The notes: generated from the letters alone by a model not told the origin. A DNA stretch of 64,000 bases from Armatimonadota bacterium (GCA_026003195.1 BPGU01000004.1:70317-134316), one strand, 5' to 3'; numbered from the stretch's first letter, positions 38,142 to 50,686 are shown. A program made the numbers and translations.

Positions 38142-38420
38142 TCAGAACAGCCTGAGCGCTCGTGTGACCCACGAGAGCAGAGCGTCCAGTACTCCAATAT
38201 ACACACTCATCAGCGCGATAAATCCCAGCACAATCAAGGTAGAGCGAACAATCTGTTCGCGCGTGGGCCACTCACAACGTTTCAGTTCTATCCATACGTC
38301 ATTCAGAAAGCGACGGATGCGCTCGAAGCTGGGTGTTTTCCGAATCGGAGGCTTGCCCGCTCCCGAACTGGCGGGCTTTGCCCGTTCCGCTTCTTTGGTT
38401 TTCGTTTTCGCTATGCCCAT
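38142..38420 (-). CDS. secE: Preprotein translocase subunit SecE
   Basis: Single C-terminal TM helix (IVLGFIALMSVYIGVLD) and conserved KVxWP-like motif (ELKRCEWPTREQIVRST). Positioned between tRNA-Trp and nusG. Start placed at MGIAKTK; the ORF has an upstream TTG extension. Confidence 0.8.
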   Translation of the reverse strand: MGIAKTKTKEAERAKPASSGAGKPPIRKTPSFERIRRFLNDVWIELKRCEWPTREQIVRSTLIVLGFIALMSVYIGVLDALLSWVTRALRLF

Positions 38421-38459
38421 CACGGTGTTCTCTCTCAACGTTCCGATTTGACAGACAAA

Positions 38460-38536
38460 TGGCAGGGGTGGAGGGATTCGAACCCCCGACCGCCGGTTTT
38501 GGAGACCGGTGCTCTACCAGGCTGAGCTACACCCCT
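38460..38536 (-). tRNA. tRNA-Trp (anticodon CCA)
   Basis: AGGGGTGTAGCTCAGCCTGGTAGAGCACCGGTCTCCAAAACCGGCGGTCGGGGGTTCGAATCCCTCCACCCCTGCCA folds as a cloverleaf with anticodon loop CUCCAAA and an encoded CCA. Confidence 0.9.
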
Positions 38537-38570
38537 GCACAGGTAGCGCAGGTTGCCCTGCGCTGATCCA

Positions 38571-38741
38571 TTACTTCACCTCACGGTGCACCACATGGTG
38601 GCGGCAGCGTGGGCAGTACTTGCGCAACTCCAGCCGGTCCGGATCGTTAATCCGGTTCTTGGTGGTGGTGTAGTTGCGCGAGCGACACTCTGTGCAAGCC
38701 AGCGTGATGATTATCCGGTTTTCTTTGTTCTTGCTCGCCAT
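38571..38741 (-). CDS. rpmG: 50S ribosomal protein L33
   Basis: 56 aa, [56 protein letters not shown], with a C4 zinc ribbon. Absent from the ORF track because it is under 60 aa. Confidence 0.9.
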   Translation of the reverse strand: MASKNKENRIIITLACTECRSRNYTTTKNRINDPDRLELRKYCPRCRHHVVHREVK

Positions 38742-38756
38742 CGCTATTCCCTGCTC

Positions 38757-39959
38757 TTACTCGATAATCTTGGTGACCACGCCTGCGCCCACCGTGTGAC
38801 CACCTTCACGCACCGCAAAGCGCAAGCCCTCCTCCATCGCTATCGGGGCGATCAACTCCACCTCTATCCGCACGTTGTCCCCGGGCATCACCATCTCCAC
38901 ACCCTCCGGCAACTTCATCGTGCCCGTCACGTCCGTCGTGCGGAAGTAAAACTGCGGACGATAACCGCTGAAAAACGGCGTGTGGCGACCGCCCTCCTCC
39001 TTCGTCAACACGTATATCTCCGCCGCAAACTTCGTGTGAGGTGTGATGCTGCCCGGCTTCGCCAACACCATCCCACGCTCCACTTCCTTGCGGTCTACCC
39101 CACGCAGCAACACCCCTGCGTTGTCCCCTGCCTGTATCTGATCCAACGTCTTGCGGAACATCTCCAACGAGGTCGCTACCGTCGTGCGCGTCTCCGGGTG
39201 CAAGCCCACTATCTCCACCTGCTCCCCTACACGCAATACCCCACGCTCGACACGACCCGTCACCACCGTGCCACGACCCGTAATCGTGAACACGTCCTCT
39301 ATCGGCATCAGGAACGGCTTGTCTACGTCACGCTGAGGCGTCGGAATATACGTGTCGATCGCCTCAATCAACTGCCAAATCTTCTGAACCCAGGGATCAC
39401 TCTTGTCCACGTCCGGTGCCTCTATCACCTTCAACGCACTGCCACTAATCACCGGAACCTCGTCCCCAGGAAAACCATACTTGCTCAGTAACTCCCGAAC
39501 CTCTAACTCCACTAACTCCAGAAGCTCGGGGTCATCTACCATGTCCTCCTTGTTCAGAAAAACCACAATATACGGCACCCCAACCTGACGAGCCAGCAAA
39601 ATGTGCTCCCGCGTCTGGGGCATCGGACCATCCGCCGCCGACACCACCAAAACCGCTCCGTCCATCTGCGCCGCGCCCGTAATCATGTTCTTGATGTAGT
39701 CCGCGTGACCCGGACAGTCCACGTGCGCATAGTGGCGATTGGGCGTCTGATACTCCGCATGGTAAATGTTAATCGTTACCCCACGCTCCCGCTCCTCCGG
39801 AGCCGAGTCGATGCGCTCATACGGCTGGTATTCCGCCAAACCCTCTTTCGCCAAAACGCGCGTGATGGCAGCCGTCAACGTGGTCTTGCCGTGATCCACG
39901 TGACCAATCGTGCCGATGTTCACATGCGGCTTCGTGCGCTCAAATCGCTGCTTGCCCAT
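38757..39959 (-). CDS. tuf: Elongation factor Tu
   Basis: [32 protein letters not shown]..., G-domain motifs DCPGHADY and NKED. 400 aa. Confidence 0.97.
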   Translation of the reverse strand: MGKQRFERTKPHVNIGTIGHVDHGKTTLTAAITRVLAKEGLAEYQPYERIDSAPEERERGVTINIYHAEYQTPNRHYAHVDCPGHADYIKNMITGAAQMDGAVLVVSAADGPMPQTREHILLARQVGVPYIVVFLNKEDMVDDPELLELVELEVRELLSKYGFPGDEVPVISGSALKVIEAPDVDKSDPWVQKIWQLIEAIDTYIPTPQRDVDKPFLMPIEDVFTITGRGTVVTGRVERGVLRVGEQVEIVGLHPETRTTVATSLEMFRKTLDQIQAGDNAGVLLRGVDRKEVERGMVLAKPGSITPHTKFAAEIYVLTKEEGGRHTPFFSGYRPQFYFRTTDVTGTMKLPEGVEMVMPGDNVRIEVELIAPIAMEEGLRFAVREGGHTVGAGVVTKIIE

Positions 39960-40047
39960 TGAGTCCTAACCTCCCAATCGTTTTGAACAGGGGCTGTCCG
40001 CGCGTGCACGGGTGCGGCACCGGAGCAGCCGATGGTTTCGCCTTTCC

Positions 40048-40122
40048 TGGAGCCCCCGACGGGACTCGGACCCGTGACCTCGTCTTTACCAAAGACGCGC
40101 TCTCCCTCTGAGCTACGGGGGC
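40048..40122 (-). tRNA. tRNA-Thr (anticodon GGT)
   Basis: GCCCCCGTAGCTCAGAGGGAGAGCGCGTCTTTGGTAAAGACGAGGTCACGGGTCCGAGTCCCGTCGGGGGCTCCA, anticodon loop UUGGUAA. Confidence 0.88.
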
Positions 40123-40174
40123 TCACGTTACAACATACCGCTTCCTGCTATGCTTCTTTCGGATAGTTTGGGAA

Positions 40175-40261
40175 TGGTGGGGGGAGGAGGATTCGAACCC
40201 CCGAAGGCATTCCGCCGGCAGATTTACAGTCTGCTCCCTTTGGCCGCTCGGGCATCCCCCC
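40175..40261 (-). tRNA. tRNA-Tyr (anticodon GTA)
   Basis: GGGGGGATGCCCGAGCGGCCAAAGGGAGCAGACTGTAAATCTGCC...(long variable arm)...GGTTCGAATCCTCCTCCCCCCACCA. Class II tRNA with a GUA anticodon. Confidence 0.88.
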
Positions 40262-40292
40262 ACGCACATAGCAGGCGGAGTTTGCACCATGT

Positions 40293-40322
40293 AATATACA
40301 TCATGCCATTGCTATTTGTCAA
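40293..40322 (-). promoter_or_regulatory. Near-consensus sigma70 promoter driving the tRNA-Tyr/tRNA-Thr/tuf cluster
   Basis: On the minus strand: TTGACA, 18 nt spacer, TATATT, located about 30 nt upstream of the tRNA-Tyr 5' end. Confidence 0.6.
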
Positions 40323-40351
40323 GGGGAGCAACGGGTGCACGCAAACGACTC

Positions 40352-41857
40352 TCAAAAACTCTGTCCCAGCGTGACGTAGGTAAACACCTTGCGTCTGCCC
40401 GCTGCGATGTCCAGCCGAATCGCACCAAGTGGACTGAAAAAGCGCACCCCCACGCCTGCGCCGGCGTTCAGGCGAATACTATCGCCCCGTTTCCATGCGT
40501 CGCCTGCATCGAGGAAGAGCACTCCCTGGATACCCTCCAGCACGGGGAAGCGCACCTCCCCGCTGAATAGCACCATTCGGTCGCCGCGAAACTCGTCGAA
40601 CTCGTAGCCGCGCAGGTCGAAACCGCCCAGCCAGAAGCTTTCGGACAGAGGCAAATCTTTCGTGGCGAATCCAGCCACTGCACGCAGGGCGAGCGTGCCT
40701 TCCTGGAGAGCACGCCAGTAGCCACGCACGTCCAGCGTGGCGCGGTCAAAGGCAAAGTCTCCGCCCCACGAGCGCTGAGCCGATTCCCACCCACCAGAGA
40801 CGAAGATGCCTCGACGGGGATCCATCCGGTTATCGCGCGAATCGTACTCCAGCTGGACGCCGGGCGCAACCACCCGTCCGCGGTTCAGTACCTTCTGCCC
40901 GAAAGAGAGCAGGTAGGGTGGCGCATCATCGTAATCCACCTCGTCGTTGCGGAAAGTAGCCATGATCTGCAGGCGGTCACTCCACTGTTTGCCCAGCAAC
41001 AGCGTGTACCCTCGCCGTTTTTCGAAAGTGCGCAGGGTCACGTCGGTTTGGGAGAAGCTGGGACGGAATACGGATTGCAGGTTGTATGCCGCGATACCCA
41101 CTATCAGTCCCCAATCGGTCAGGTAGGGGTCTGTGTAACGGAGCAGATATGCCTGGCGCTGCTCGCCCTCTTCGGGACCGCCGTCGTAGAAAAAGGTGCC
41201 ACGCTGCCATTGCAGCTGCAGGCTCTGACCACCTCCCAGCAGGTTGGAGTCCGAGAACTGCACATAGCCCAGCCATCCCCGCCGTGAGGTATAGCCCACC
41301 GCTGCTGCCAGCTGAGCGGTGTTCAGCTCGTCTACGATGATGTTCACCAGCACCTGTCCCAGTTCGTCAGCGGGTTCGGGTGCGACCTGCACCTCCTTCA
41401 GATAAGGCAGCCTTCCCAAACGCTCACGCTCGCGCTGTAGTTTGGGCAGCGAGTAAATCTCGCCCGGGCGCAGCTGCAGGTTGCGCAAGATGGCACTGCT
41501 GCGGGTACGCCGATTGCCCGTGACGCGCACCCCGCGGATCAGTCCCTCCGCGATACGCACAACCAGTGTGCCGTCCGGCTGCCGTTCCAGCCCGACCACT
41601 CGCGCAAGCGGATAGCCCTTCTGCTCATACAGCTTCTGAATAGCCTCCGCGTCCTGACGCAACCGCTCCTCATCGAACGCACTGCCGACCCGGGTCTGCA
41701 TCACCGAGAGAATCTCCTCTGCGGGCAGCACCGTCGATCCGTCGGCGTGGGAACCGTACAAGCGGATAGCGGTCACCGTTTGTGGCTGAGCAAGAGCCGC
41801 GGTGGCGAGAACGAAAACCGCGATAAAAGCCATCCAGCACCGAAACATGCGAGGCAA
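40352..41857 (-). CDS. Omp85-family outer membrane protein (POTRA domains plus beta-barrel; BamA/TamA/TpsB-like)
   Basis: 501 aa with signal peptide MPRMFRCWMAFIAVFVLATAALAQ. POTRA-like N-terminal repeats. C-terminal surface-antigen (D15) barrel ending in an aromatic residue (…TLGQSF). Confidence 0.75.
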   Translation of the reverse strand: MPRMFRCWMAFIAVFVLATAALAQPQTVTAIRLYGSHADGSTVLPAEEILSVMQTRVGSAFDEERLRQDAEAIQKLYEQKGYPLARVVGLERQPDGTLVVRIAEGLIRGVRVTGNRRTRSSAILRNLQLRPGEIYSLPKLQRERERLGRLPYLKEVQVAPEPADELGQVLVNIIVDELNTAQLAAAVGYTSRRGWLGYVQFSDSNLLGGGQSLQLQWQRGTFFYDGGPEEGEQRQAYLLRYTDPYLTDWGLIVGIAAYNLQSVFRPSFSQTDVTLRTFEKRRGYTLLLGKQWSDRLQIMATFRNDEVDYDDAPPYLLSFGQKVLNRGRVVAPGVQLEYDSRDNRMDPRRGIFVSGGWESAQRSWGGDFAFDRATLDVRGYWRALQEGTLALRAVAGFATKDLPLSESFWLGGFDLRGYEFDEFRGDRMVLFSGEVRFPVLEGIQGVLFLDAGDAWKRGDSIRLNAGAGVGVRFFSPLGAIRLDIAAGRRKVFTYVTLGQSF

Positions 41858-41868
41858 CCTCCTTGGTT

Positions 41869-42288
41869 TCAGTATAATACCTTGCCGATGATACTGCTCA
41901 GAGGAATAGGACCGAATGTACGACTGTCCTCCGATACCTCCAGGTTATCACCGACTACGTAAATATGGTTGGCGGGCACACGGGTACCATCTGGGGCGGT
42001 TTCGTAGGGCAAAGCCACCACCCGTTTCACCAGCAGCTGCCCCTCGCGCGTAAACACCACCACATCACCTCGTTTCAAGGCACCGAACAACAGCCCCCCC
42101 TTGCCCACCAGGATCACCTGTCCATCGTGAAAAGTCGGCTCCATCGATTTGCCTCTGACCACCGACAGAGTGAAAAAGTTGTGATAGAGGAAGGCGATAA
42201 TCAAAAAGACAAATAAAGCTACGGCTTGTCTCAACCAGCGTTGTTGTTTCGCCGTCTGTTCCGGTTTCGCGGCGGGTTCGGGTTGCAT
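41869..42288 (-). CDS. lepB: Signal peptidase I (S26 family)
   Basis: Catalytic Ser region SMEPTF and Lys region; C-terminal GDNLEVSEDSR box. Start trimmed to MQPEPAAK with an AGGGAGG RBS; the ORF extends to 42471. Confidence 0.85.
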   Translation of the reverse strand: MQPEPAAKPEQTAKQQRWLRQAVALFVFLIIAFLYHNFFTLSVVRGKSMEPTFHDGQVILVGKGGLLFGALKRGDVVVFTREGQLLVKRVVALPYETAPDGTRVPANHIYVVGDNLEVSEDSRTFGPIPLSSIIGKVLY

Positions 42289-42368
42289 GGCGGAGCCTCC
42301 CTTTGTGCGAATGGTTTCGTCTTGAGTATACTCTTTGAGGACAGCGCATTCAAGAGGAGGTCGGTAGC

Positions 42369-42878
42369 ATGTCCCTGTGGCAGGGAGTGCTGGAGAGTGT
42401 CGGACAAAATGTACAGGCATGGCTGACGGCGTGCCTGCTTCTGCAACTGTTGTGGGCGCTGGTGCTGGCACTGGTGCTGGTACGGGTGCGCACGCTCAGC
42501 AGGCGTCTGCACCGGTTGACAGCAGGCGCGACAGGAGCAAGTTTGGAAAGGGTGTTGATGGACCATCTTGCCCGGGTGGAAGAGGTGGATACCCGTCAGA
42601 GACAGGTGGAACAGCGGGTTTCTGCGCTGGAGGGGCGGATACCTCTGTGCGTGCAGCATGTGGGACTGGTGCGTTACGATGCCTTTGAGGATGTCGGGGG
42701 GCAGCAGAGTTTTTCGCTGGCGATGCTGGACGCCCAGCAAAACGGTATCATCCTGACGAGCGTTTACAGTCGTTCGGATGTGCGTGTCTACGCCAAGTCC
42801 GTGCGGCAGGGGCAACCCTCTCACCCGCTAAGCGAAGAAGAACTGCAGGCATTGCGCAACGCACTCTCTTCCACATGA
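42369..42878 (+). CDS. DUF4446 family protein
   Basis: 169 aa. N-terminal TM helix. Conserved core VRYDAFEDVGGQQSFSLAMLD...VYAKSV matches the DUF4446 pattern. Confidence 0.6.
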   Translation: MSLWQGVLESVGQNVQAWLTACLLLQLLWALVLALVLVRVRTLSRRLHRLTAGATGASLERVLMDHLARVEEVDTRQRQVEQRVSALEGRIPLCVQHVGLVRYDAFEDVGGQQSFSLAMLDAQQNGIILTSVYSRSDVRVYAKSVRQGQPSHPLSEEELQALRNALSST

Positions 42879-42888
42879 GAGGTACACG

Positions 42889-43476
42889 ATGACGTCTTCC
42901 GAGGATCGCCAGCTGATTGAGCGATGCCGTAGCGGCGACCGCGAAGCCTTTGACGAGCTGGTGCGCCGCTACGAGAGGCAAGCGTACAACCTGGCTTACC
43001 GCCTGTCGGGCAACTATGACGATGCCAGCGATGTGGTGGTGGAAGCCTTCGTGCGCGTCTTTCAGGGGTTGCACACCTTTCGCGGCGAAGCCCATTTCGG
43101 CACATGGCTACATCGGGTGGTAGTCAACACCTTTCTGGATATGCGCAAGCGGTCGAAGGGACGCCAGAATGTGTCGTTAGAGGAGCAGCTGGAGCTGGAC
43201 GGCGATACCCTGACGCGCCAGATAGAGGACACTGCGCCGGGTCCCGAGGAACTGGTGGAGAAGGAGGAACGCGAAGAGGTTTTGCAGCGGGCGATTGCGC
43301 AGCTCCCCCCGGAACGTCGTATCCTCATCGTGTTGTACCACTTCGAGAACCTCTCCTACGAAGAGATTGCACAGATGTTGAACCTGCCGGTGGGCACGGT
43401 CAAAAGCCGCCTCAACCGCGCCCGGCTGGCGCTGCGTGAGATTCTGGAACCCTCGCGGGAACTTTTCGGAAGATAG
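42889..43476 (+). CDS. ECF-type RNA polymerase sigma-70 family factor
   Basis: Sigma70 region 2 (DVVVEAFVRVFQGLHTFRGEAHFGTWLHRVVVN) and region 4 HTH (LSYEEIAQMLNLPVGTVKSRLNRAR). Confidence 0.85.
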   Translation: MTSSEDRQLIERCRSGDREAFDELVRRYERQAYNLAYRLSGNYDDASDVVVEAFVRVFQGLHTFRGEAHFGTWLHRVVVNTFLDMRKRSKGRQNVSLEEQLELDGDTLTRQIEDTAPGPEELVEKEEREEVLQRAIAQLPPERRILIVLYHFENLSYEEIAQMLNLPVGTVKSRLNRARLALREILEPSRELFGR

Positions 43477-43518
43477 AGTCGTCAAACGCAACGAAGAGCC
43501 TGCCGGCGAAAGAATGGT

Positions 43519-44415
43519 GTGAGAACCATGCATTGTGAACAGTTTCGGGAATGGATATCGGCATACATCGAGCGGAGCATCACACCTCCTCTGGCGGCGA
43601 AGATGGAGGAGCACGCTGCCAGTTGTCCGTCCTGCCGCGCCGAGCTGGAAGACGTTCGGGCACTGTGGCAGATGATGGCGGAGGTACAGCGCGTGGAACC
43701 GCCAGCTTCCCTGCACTCCCGCATCATGCAGGAGGTGCATGCGAGGGTGCCAGCCGCACCCGCCCTGCGCTGGTGGGAACTGGCATGGCGCCCGCGATTC
43801 GCTTTTGCAGCGGCAGCAGTTCTGGCGGTGATAGCGCTGGTGTTCTGGTCTTACAGCGTGCAGACAGATGCTATCGCTTTGAGCGTGGTGTCCAGTGGTG
43901 GCAGCCCGGTGACGCCAGTGAAAACCAGTATCCTGCCTCTGCGCTTCGAGCCGTTCCGGGCGGAGCGGGGAGACCTGCGCTGGATGCTGAAACTGAACGC
44001 TCTCCAGCCTACATTGGTGGAGATTACAGCAGGAACACAGACCGTGTGGAGCGGACTCGTTGCCAAAGAGATGCCGGTGGTATTGCCCATGTCGCCAGAC
44101 ACCTCTGTGCTGGAGGTTCGCGTGACGTGGGACAACGGCAGTGTGCTGCGTGCGTGGCTGCCTGCGGAGCTTTTGTCACCAGACCCCAAGCCTGTGCTGG
44201 TGTTGAAAGAAAAAACGGTGGAGGAGACGCTTTCGCACATCGCCCGGGCATACAGGGTGCCTCTGGTGCTTGTGGGTGAGGCAGACCCGCTGACGCGCGT
44301 GAACTTGAGGTCTACCGGCGTGGCACTGGACGAGATGTTACGCAAAGTGGCGGCGGAACTGAAACTGGAGATTTCGCGTGCCGAGGACGGCACCACTGTC
44401 TTAACTGCCCGATAA
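43519..44415 (+). CDS. Anti-sigma factor with N-terminal zinc-finger (ZAS-type), single TM helix and extracytoplasmic domain
   Basis: HxxxCxxC motif (EEHAASCPSCRAELE). TM helix FAFAAAAVLAVIALVFWSY. Lies immediately downstream of the ECF sigma gene. Start is GTG at 43519 or ATG at 43528. Confidence 0.7.
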   Translation: MRTMHCEQFREWISAYIERSITPPLAAKMEEHAASCPSCRAELEDVRALWQMMAEVQRVEPPASLHSRIMQEVHARVPAAPALRWWELAWRPRFAFAAAAVLAVIALVFWSYSVQTDAIALSVVSSGGSPVTPVKTSILPLRFEPFRAERGDLRWMLKLNALQPTLVEITAGTQTVWSGLVAKEMPVVLPMSPDTSVLEVRVTWDNGSVLRAWLPAELLSPDPKPVLVLKEKTVEETLSHIARAYRVPLVLVGEADPLTRVNLRSTGVALDEMLRKVAAELKLEISRAEDGTTVLTAR

Positions 44416-44440
44416 CCCCATCCCGTCCGCCCTACCCGAA

Positions 44441-44480
44441 CACACCGTCCCGTCACCCCGCGGGGCGGTGTGTTTGTCTT
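44441..44480 (+). terminator. Rho-independent terminator after anti-sigma gene
   Basis: ACACACCG...CCCCGCGGGG...CGGTGTGT nested GC-rich hairpin followed by TTTGTCTT. Confidence 0.55.
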
Positions 44481-44499
44481 GCAATACTCCCAATCTCCC

Positions 44500-44527
44500 T
44501 TGACCTGCACCAAAAATGTGTTATCCT
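44500..44527 (+). promoter_or_regulatory. Candidate promoter for ppdK (extended -10 type)
   Basis: TTGACC, 16 nt spacer, TGtTATCCT. Confidence 0.35.
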
Positions 44528-44601
44528 ATATAAGGGCGATGTGGCGCATCGCTCTGTTCGCCGACAGGCGACGCAAAACTCTCTATGACGGGTGGAAGGA
44601 T

Positions 44602-47280
<2,679 letters not shown>

Positions 47281-47298
47281 GCAAGAGTGCAACTCACC

Positions 47299-47329
47299 CT
47301 CTCCCCTCTCCCACACGGAGAGGGGAGAG
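47299..47329. terminator. Perfect 13-bp-stem hairpin between convergent ppdK and dockerin-propeller genes
   Basis: CTCTCCCCTCTCC-cacac-GGAGAGGGGAGAG. Confidence 0.45.
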
Positions 47330-47404
47330 AACCTCCCTCCTACGCTGGAGTGAAGGCAATGTGAGAGTTTCCCCCCTGGATGGTGCTCTGGAAACAAGGA
47401 GAAG

Positions 47405-49738
47405 CTACTCGTCTCCCACCATACCGAAGTGGGCTACCAGCCAGCTGAAGTCCCACAGGCTGACCTCGCCGTCGCCGTCCAGGTCGGCATCGATGTCGTA
47501 GCCTTCTTCACCGGCGAATCTGCCAAACGCCGCCACCATCCTGCCGAAGTCCAACAGGGTGACCTCGTTATCGCCGTCCACGTCACCAATCAGCAGAGAC
47601 ACAGGCTTTGGTGACCACCCCCCAGAAATCTCCGAGACCAGCACAGTGTGCTTCAGAAAGGGACTGCCCCCGATGGTGAGACGGAGGCTGGCAGGGTCTC
47701 TATCGGCAGGGATGGGCAGGGTAAATGTGCCTGTCGCCAGGTCAGGCACATTGGTCACGTGCAGTGTACCCTCGTCCAGCACCTCAGCCGTCAACGCATC
47801 GCGCAGGGTGTAGCGCAGATGTTCGGGGAACAGCCCGCACCATCCGTTCAATACCACTGTGCCCGATACCCCGACCTTATCAGAGAAACCGCGCTGAATG
47901 ACCGAACCAACAACGACGTAGCGACCGCTGCGAGAGAAGGTCAGGTTGGAAGGGGCACTGCTACCGCGCCAGAGGGTAATCAACCGCGGATGAGGGTCGT
48001 CCCAACGATACAGTATGGTCTCTCGCCAGCTGGATTGACTGCCTCGTGTGGTCATAATGACCTTCGCATCAGGAGACACGCTGACCGAAGCACCTTGCGG
48101 GTCTGTCGGGTCGCGCGACAGGAGGAGGCTGGTGTAGCGCAACAAGTCGCCTGTCGGCAAATCGTACAGGGATACACGATAGATGTTATACACTGCGTCT
48201 ACCAGCACTGTTGCTAACCGTTGACCGTCCTGCACTACCCCGAACCATCGCACGCGAGGAAGTGTGTACAGGATGGCACCGTCCGCGACACGACGCACGG
48301 TCAACACGTCCTCTTGCGTGACCAGTATAGAACCGTCTGGTGTGATGTCGAAGCCGTACGCACTTTGCGCCAGCGTGGAAATGGTACCATCGGCGATACG
48401 GATACGGTGAACCTTGCCCGAGTCGTCCCACACAAAAAGGGCGGAACCGTCTTCGCTCAAACGCATCCTCAGAGGTTCATCGATATCGCTGAGCGGAAAC
48501 AGCGGTATGGTCAGCAAGGGAATGGCAGCACCACTTGCTGGTAGATGGAAAACGGCAATGCCGCCCTCATAACCGCTGTAGACAGCGTAAGTGCTTCCAT
48601 CCCCAGAGATAGCAGCCGCGAAGGGGCGACCTTCAGGCACGTCCACCTGGCGAACGAGGGAGCCGTCCGCACTGGCGTAAAAACGCACGCTCTGCTCATC
48701 CGCAACCGTGACTTGCTCCTCGCTGGAGAGGAAGCCGAGCATCATCGCTCCTTTCGAAGTACGCCACTCATCCAGCACGACGCCCGAGCAAACATCTACC
48801 ACACTTATCCGTGATGGAAAAGATACATAGAGCGTGGCGCCGTCGCCAGAGAAGGCTACTGTCCACACTTCATTTTCTGAGGACCAGGGATAGTTCTCAC
48901 CCGCTATCTGTGCGCCGTCCGTCAATCGCCACAAACGCCATGCACCTTGCTCGTAGTTCAGTCCATACCCACCTGCCAGATAGTTGCCGTCCGGGCTGAA
49001 GCGCAGCGTGGTGAACTCCCATGAGCCGACGTCCGTGAACGTGTACAGCAGCTGTGCATCCGCCACGCGGTAAACATTCACCTGCATGGGCATGGCGAAA
49101 GCGATCCGGTCTCCAGAAGGTGATGCTGCGAGCAAACCGAAGGCGTTCACGCGGAACCGCCGCACCACCTGCCCCCCCGGTAGCGCCCGCACGGTAACCT
49201 CCGTGCTATAGTTGTCCATATATCTTCCTTCAAACAGGTAGCGTCCGTTCGCAGAGAGGGTGACCGTGCTGCGGTAAAGAGGTAGTGTCAGGCTTAAACG
49301 TCGCTGTGGAGGGGTCAGTTCCCACAGCTCAGCGAACTGCTCCCACCTGGCGTATCGATAGACGAGGAGCCATCGTCCGTCCCGCGATGCCTGCAAAAGT
49401 CCGTTGGTCGGGAGGCGATAAACGGGGCGGAAAGAGGGCACATCGCGCAAGACGACTCCTTCAGCGGTATCCAGCGCGATCAGGCGGTTTCCCACGAACA
49501 CAGGTGCCCGCCCGATGAGAACACGCACCAGACGGCGTTCGGACAAACTGTATACGCCTGTTTCGGAAGACCACACGCTGCTAACAGCCATCCACCGGTT
49601 GTCGGGCGAAACCTCGACGTGCGAAGCGGCTGCAGGAGCCTCTTGCAGACGGATCATGCCGTTTTGAGCAAGCGCTGGTAACGCCAGGCACCCCAGAGCC
49701 ACCAAGCCCCACCAGAGGCGCATCAAAAGACACCTCAT
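47405..49738 (-). CDS. Secreted beta-propeller-repeat protein with C-terminal dockerin-like repeat pair
   Basis: 777 aa with signal peptide MRCLLMRLWWGLVALGCLALPALAQ. Many S(P)DG..L/WD40- or TolB-like blades (SPDNRWMAVSS, SPDGNYLAGG, SPDAKVIMTT, SRSGRYVVVG). C-terminus GDVDGDNEVTLLDFGRMVAAFG...DLDGDGEVSLWDFSWLVAHFG. Confidence 0.7.
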   Translation of the reverse strand: MRCLLMRLWWGLVALGCLALPALAQNGMIRLQEAPAAASHVEVSPDNRWMAVSSVWSSETGVYSLSERRLVRVLIGRAPVFVGNRLIALDTAEGVVLRDVPSFRPVYRLPTNGLLQASRDGRWLLVYRYARWEQFAELWELTPPQRRLSLTLPLYRSTVTLSANGRYLFEGRYMDNYSTEVTVRALPGGQVVRRFRVNAFGLLAASPSGDRIAFAMPMQVNVYRVADAQLLYTFTDVGSWEFTTLRFSPDGNYLAGGYGLNYEQGAWRLWRLTDGAQIAGENYPWSSENEVWTVAFSGDGATLYVSFPSRISVVDVCSGVVLDEWRTSKGAMMLGFLSSEEQVTVADEQSVRFYASADGSLVRQVDVPEGRPFAAAISGDGSTYAVYSGYEGGIAVFHLPASGAAIPLLTIPLFPLSDIDEPLRMRLSEDGSALFVWDDSGKVHRIRIADGTISTLAQSAYGFDITPDGSILVTQEDVLTVRRVADGAILYTLPRVRWFGVVQDGQRLATVLVDAVYNIYRVSLYDLPTGDLLRYTSLLLSRDPTDPQGASVSVSPDAKVIMTTRGSQSSWRETILYRWDDPHPRLITLWRGSSAPSNLTFSRSGRYVVVGSVIQRGFSDKVGVSGTVVLNGWCGLFPEHLRYTLRDALTAEVLDEGTLHVTNVPDLATGTFTLPIPADRDPASLRLTIGGSPFLKHTVLVSEISGGWSPKPVSLLIGDVDGDNEVTLLDFGRMVAAFGRFAGEEGYDIDADLDGDGEVSLWDFSWLVAHFGMVGDE

Positions 49739-49818
49739 CGGATTTCCCTCCTTTCCAGCAAACTATCCCAATTCTAACTCGCGTTTCCGAAAAAGTCAAA
49801 ACCCCGCAAGAATACCTG

Positions 49819-49847
49819 TTGCACTTTTTGGCACAGGCATTTATACT
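49819..49847 (+). promoter_or_regulatory. Sigma70-type promoter for second PEP-CTERM gene
   Basis: TTGCAC, 17 nt spacer, TATACT. RBS AGGAAAGGAGGG precedes the ATG. Confidence 0.5.
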
Positions 49848-49889
49848 GAAGGTGTACTTCATGCCGTGCCAGGAAAGGAGGGCAGTATC

Positions 49890-50645
49890 ATGAAGATTCG
49901 TCTGTTTCTGGCGGCAGTTGTGGTGATGGCGCTGGCGACCGTCGCGGCGCAAGCACAGCTGGCATGGTACGATTCGAAGGGCTTCGAGGCACCGACCTTC
50001 GTTCCTGGCGTCCTGAACGGACAGGACGGCTGGATCAGCGAGGGAGGCGGCACCTCCGGGGACACTGCACGAGTGGTTGTCTCCCCCGAACCAGTATTCG
50101 GTGGGCAGGCGGTACGCCTGGAAGTAGGGGACAGCCAGGGCGACTATTCGCTGATGGCGCGTGAAATCCCCGACCCGCTGGCTGCTGGCTGGAAGGTGGT
50201 CATCGTCACCTTCGATATCTACCGCATCGGACCCCAGCAAAAACAGAACCTGTGGTGGTACTGGTTCGATAACGGCGAGCCGACCTACGGCTTGCAGTGG
50301 GACCTGTCGAACGCCACCCATCCGTTTGGCTGGAACCCCGGCGCCACTTCCACTCCCACCATCTTTGACCAGTACGTTACGCTCCAGATGATGTGGGATT
50401 TCAACAAAGGAAAGGCGTACTCCTGGTACAACGGGGTGATGGTGGACAACGGTATCCCCATCAACGGGATCACCACGCTTACCGGCTGGGGCATCTTGCT
50501 GTCTCACGATGCCGCGTCGGGGTCGGGGGCGGATGTGGTTTGGATTGACAACTTCGCCATCCACGTCGTGCCCGAACCGGCGAGCGTCGCGGTGCTGGCG
50601 GGCGGAGTGCTTGCGCTGGTGGGCATCAAACGACGCCGCGCGTAG
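49890..50645 (+). CDS. PEP-CTERM sorting-domain secreted protein
   Basis: Signal peptide MKIRLFLAAVVVMALATVAAQAQ. C-terminal VVPEPASVAVLAGGVLALVGIKRRRA. Confidence 0.8.
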   Translation: MKIRLFLAAVVVMALATVAAQAQLAWYDSKGFEAPTFVPGVLNGQDGWISEGGGTSGDTARVVVSPEPVFGGQAVRLEVGDSQGDYSLMAREIPDPLAAGWKVVIVTFDIYRIGPQQKQNLWWYWFDNGEPTYGLQWDLSNATHPFGWNPGATSTPTIFDQYVTLQMMWDFNKGKAYSWYNGVMVDNGIPINGITTLTGWGILLSHDAASGSGADVVWIDNFAIHVVPEPASVAVLAGGVLALVGIKRRRA

Positions 50646-50656
50646 CTGGCGCATAG

Positions 50657-50686
50657 GGGGCAGGCAGGGCGTCCTGCCCCTTTTTC
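50657..50686 (+). terminator. Rho-independent terminator after PEP-CTERM gene
   Basis: GGGGCAGG-cagggcgt-CCTGCCCC followed by TTTTTC. Confidence 0.6.

Noticed and set aside
40123-40174. Additional tRNA (Gly) expected between tRNA-Thr and tRNA-Tyr by analogy to the E. coli thrU-tyrU-glyT-thrT-tufB cluster
   Set aside because: The 52-nt spacer cannot fold into a cloverleaf. Only the Thr and Tyr tRNAs are present.
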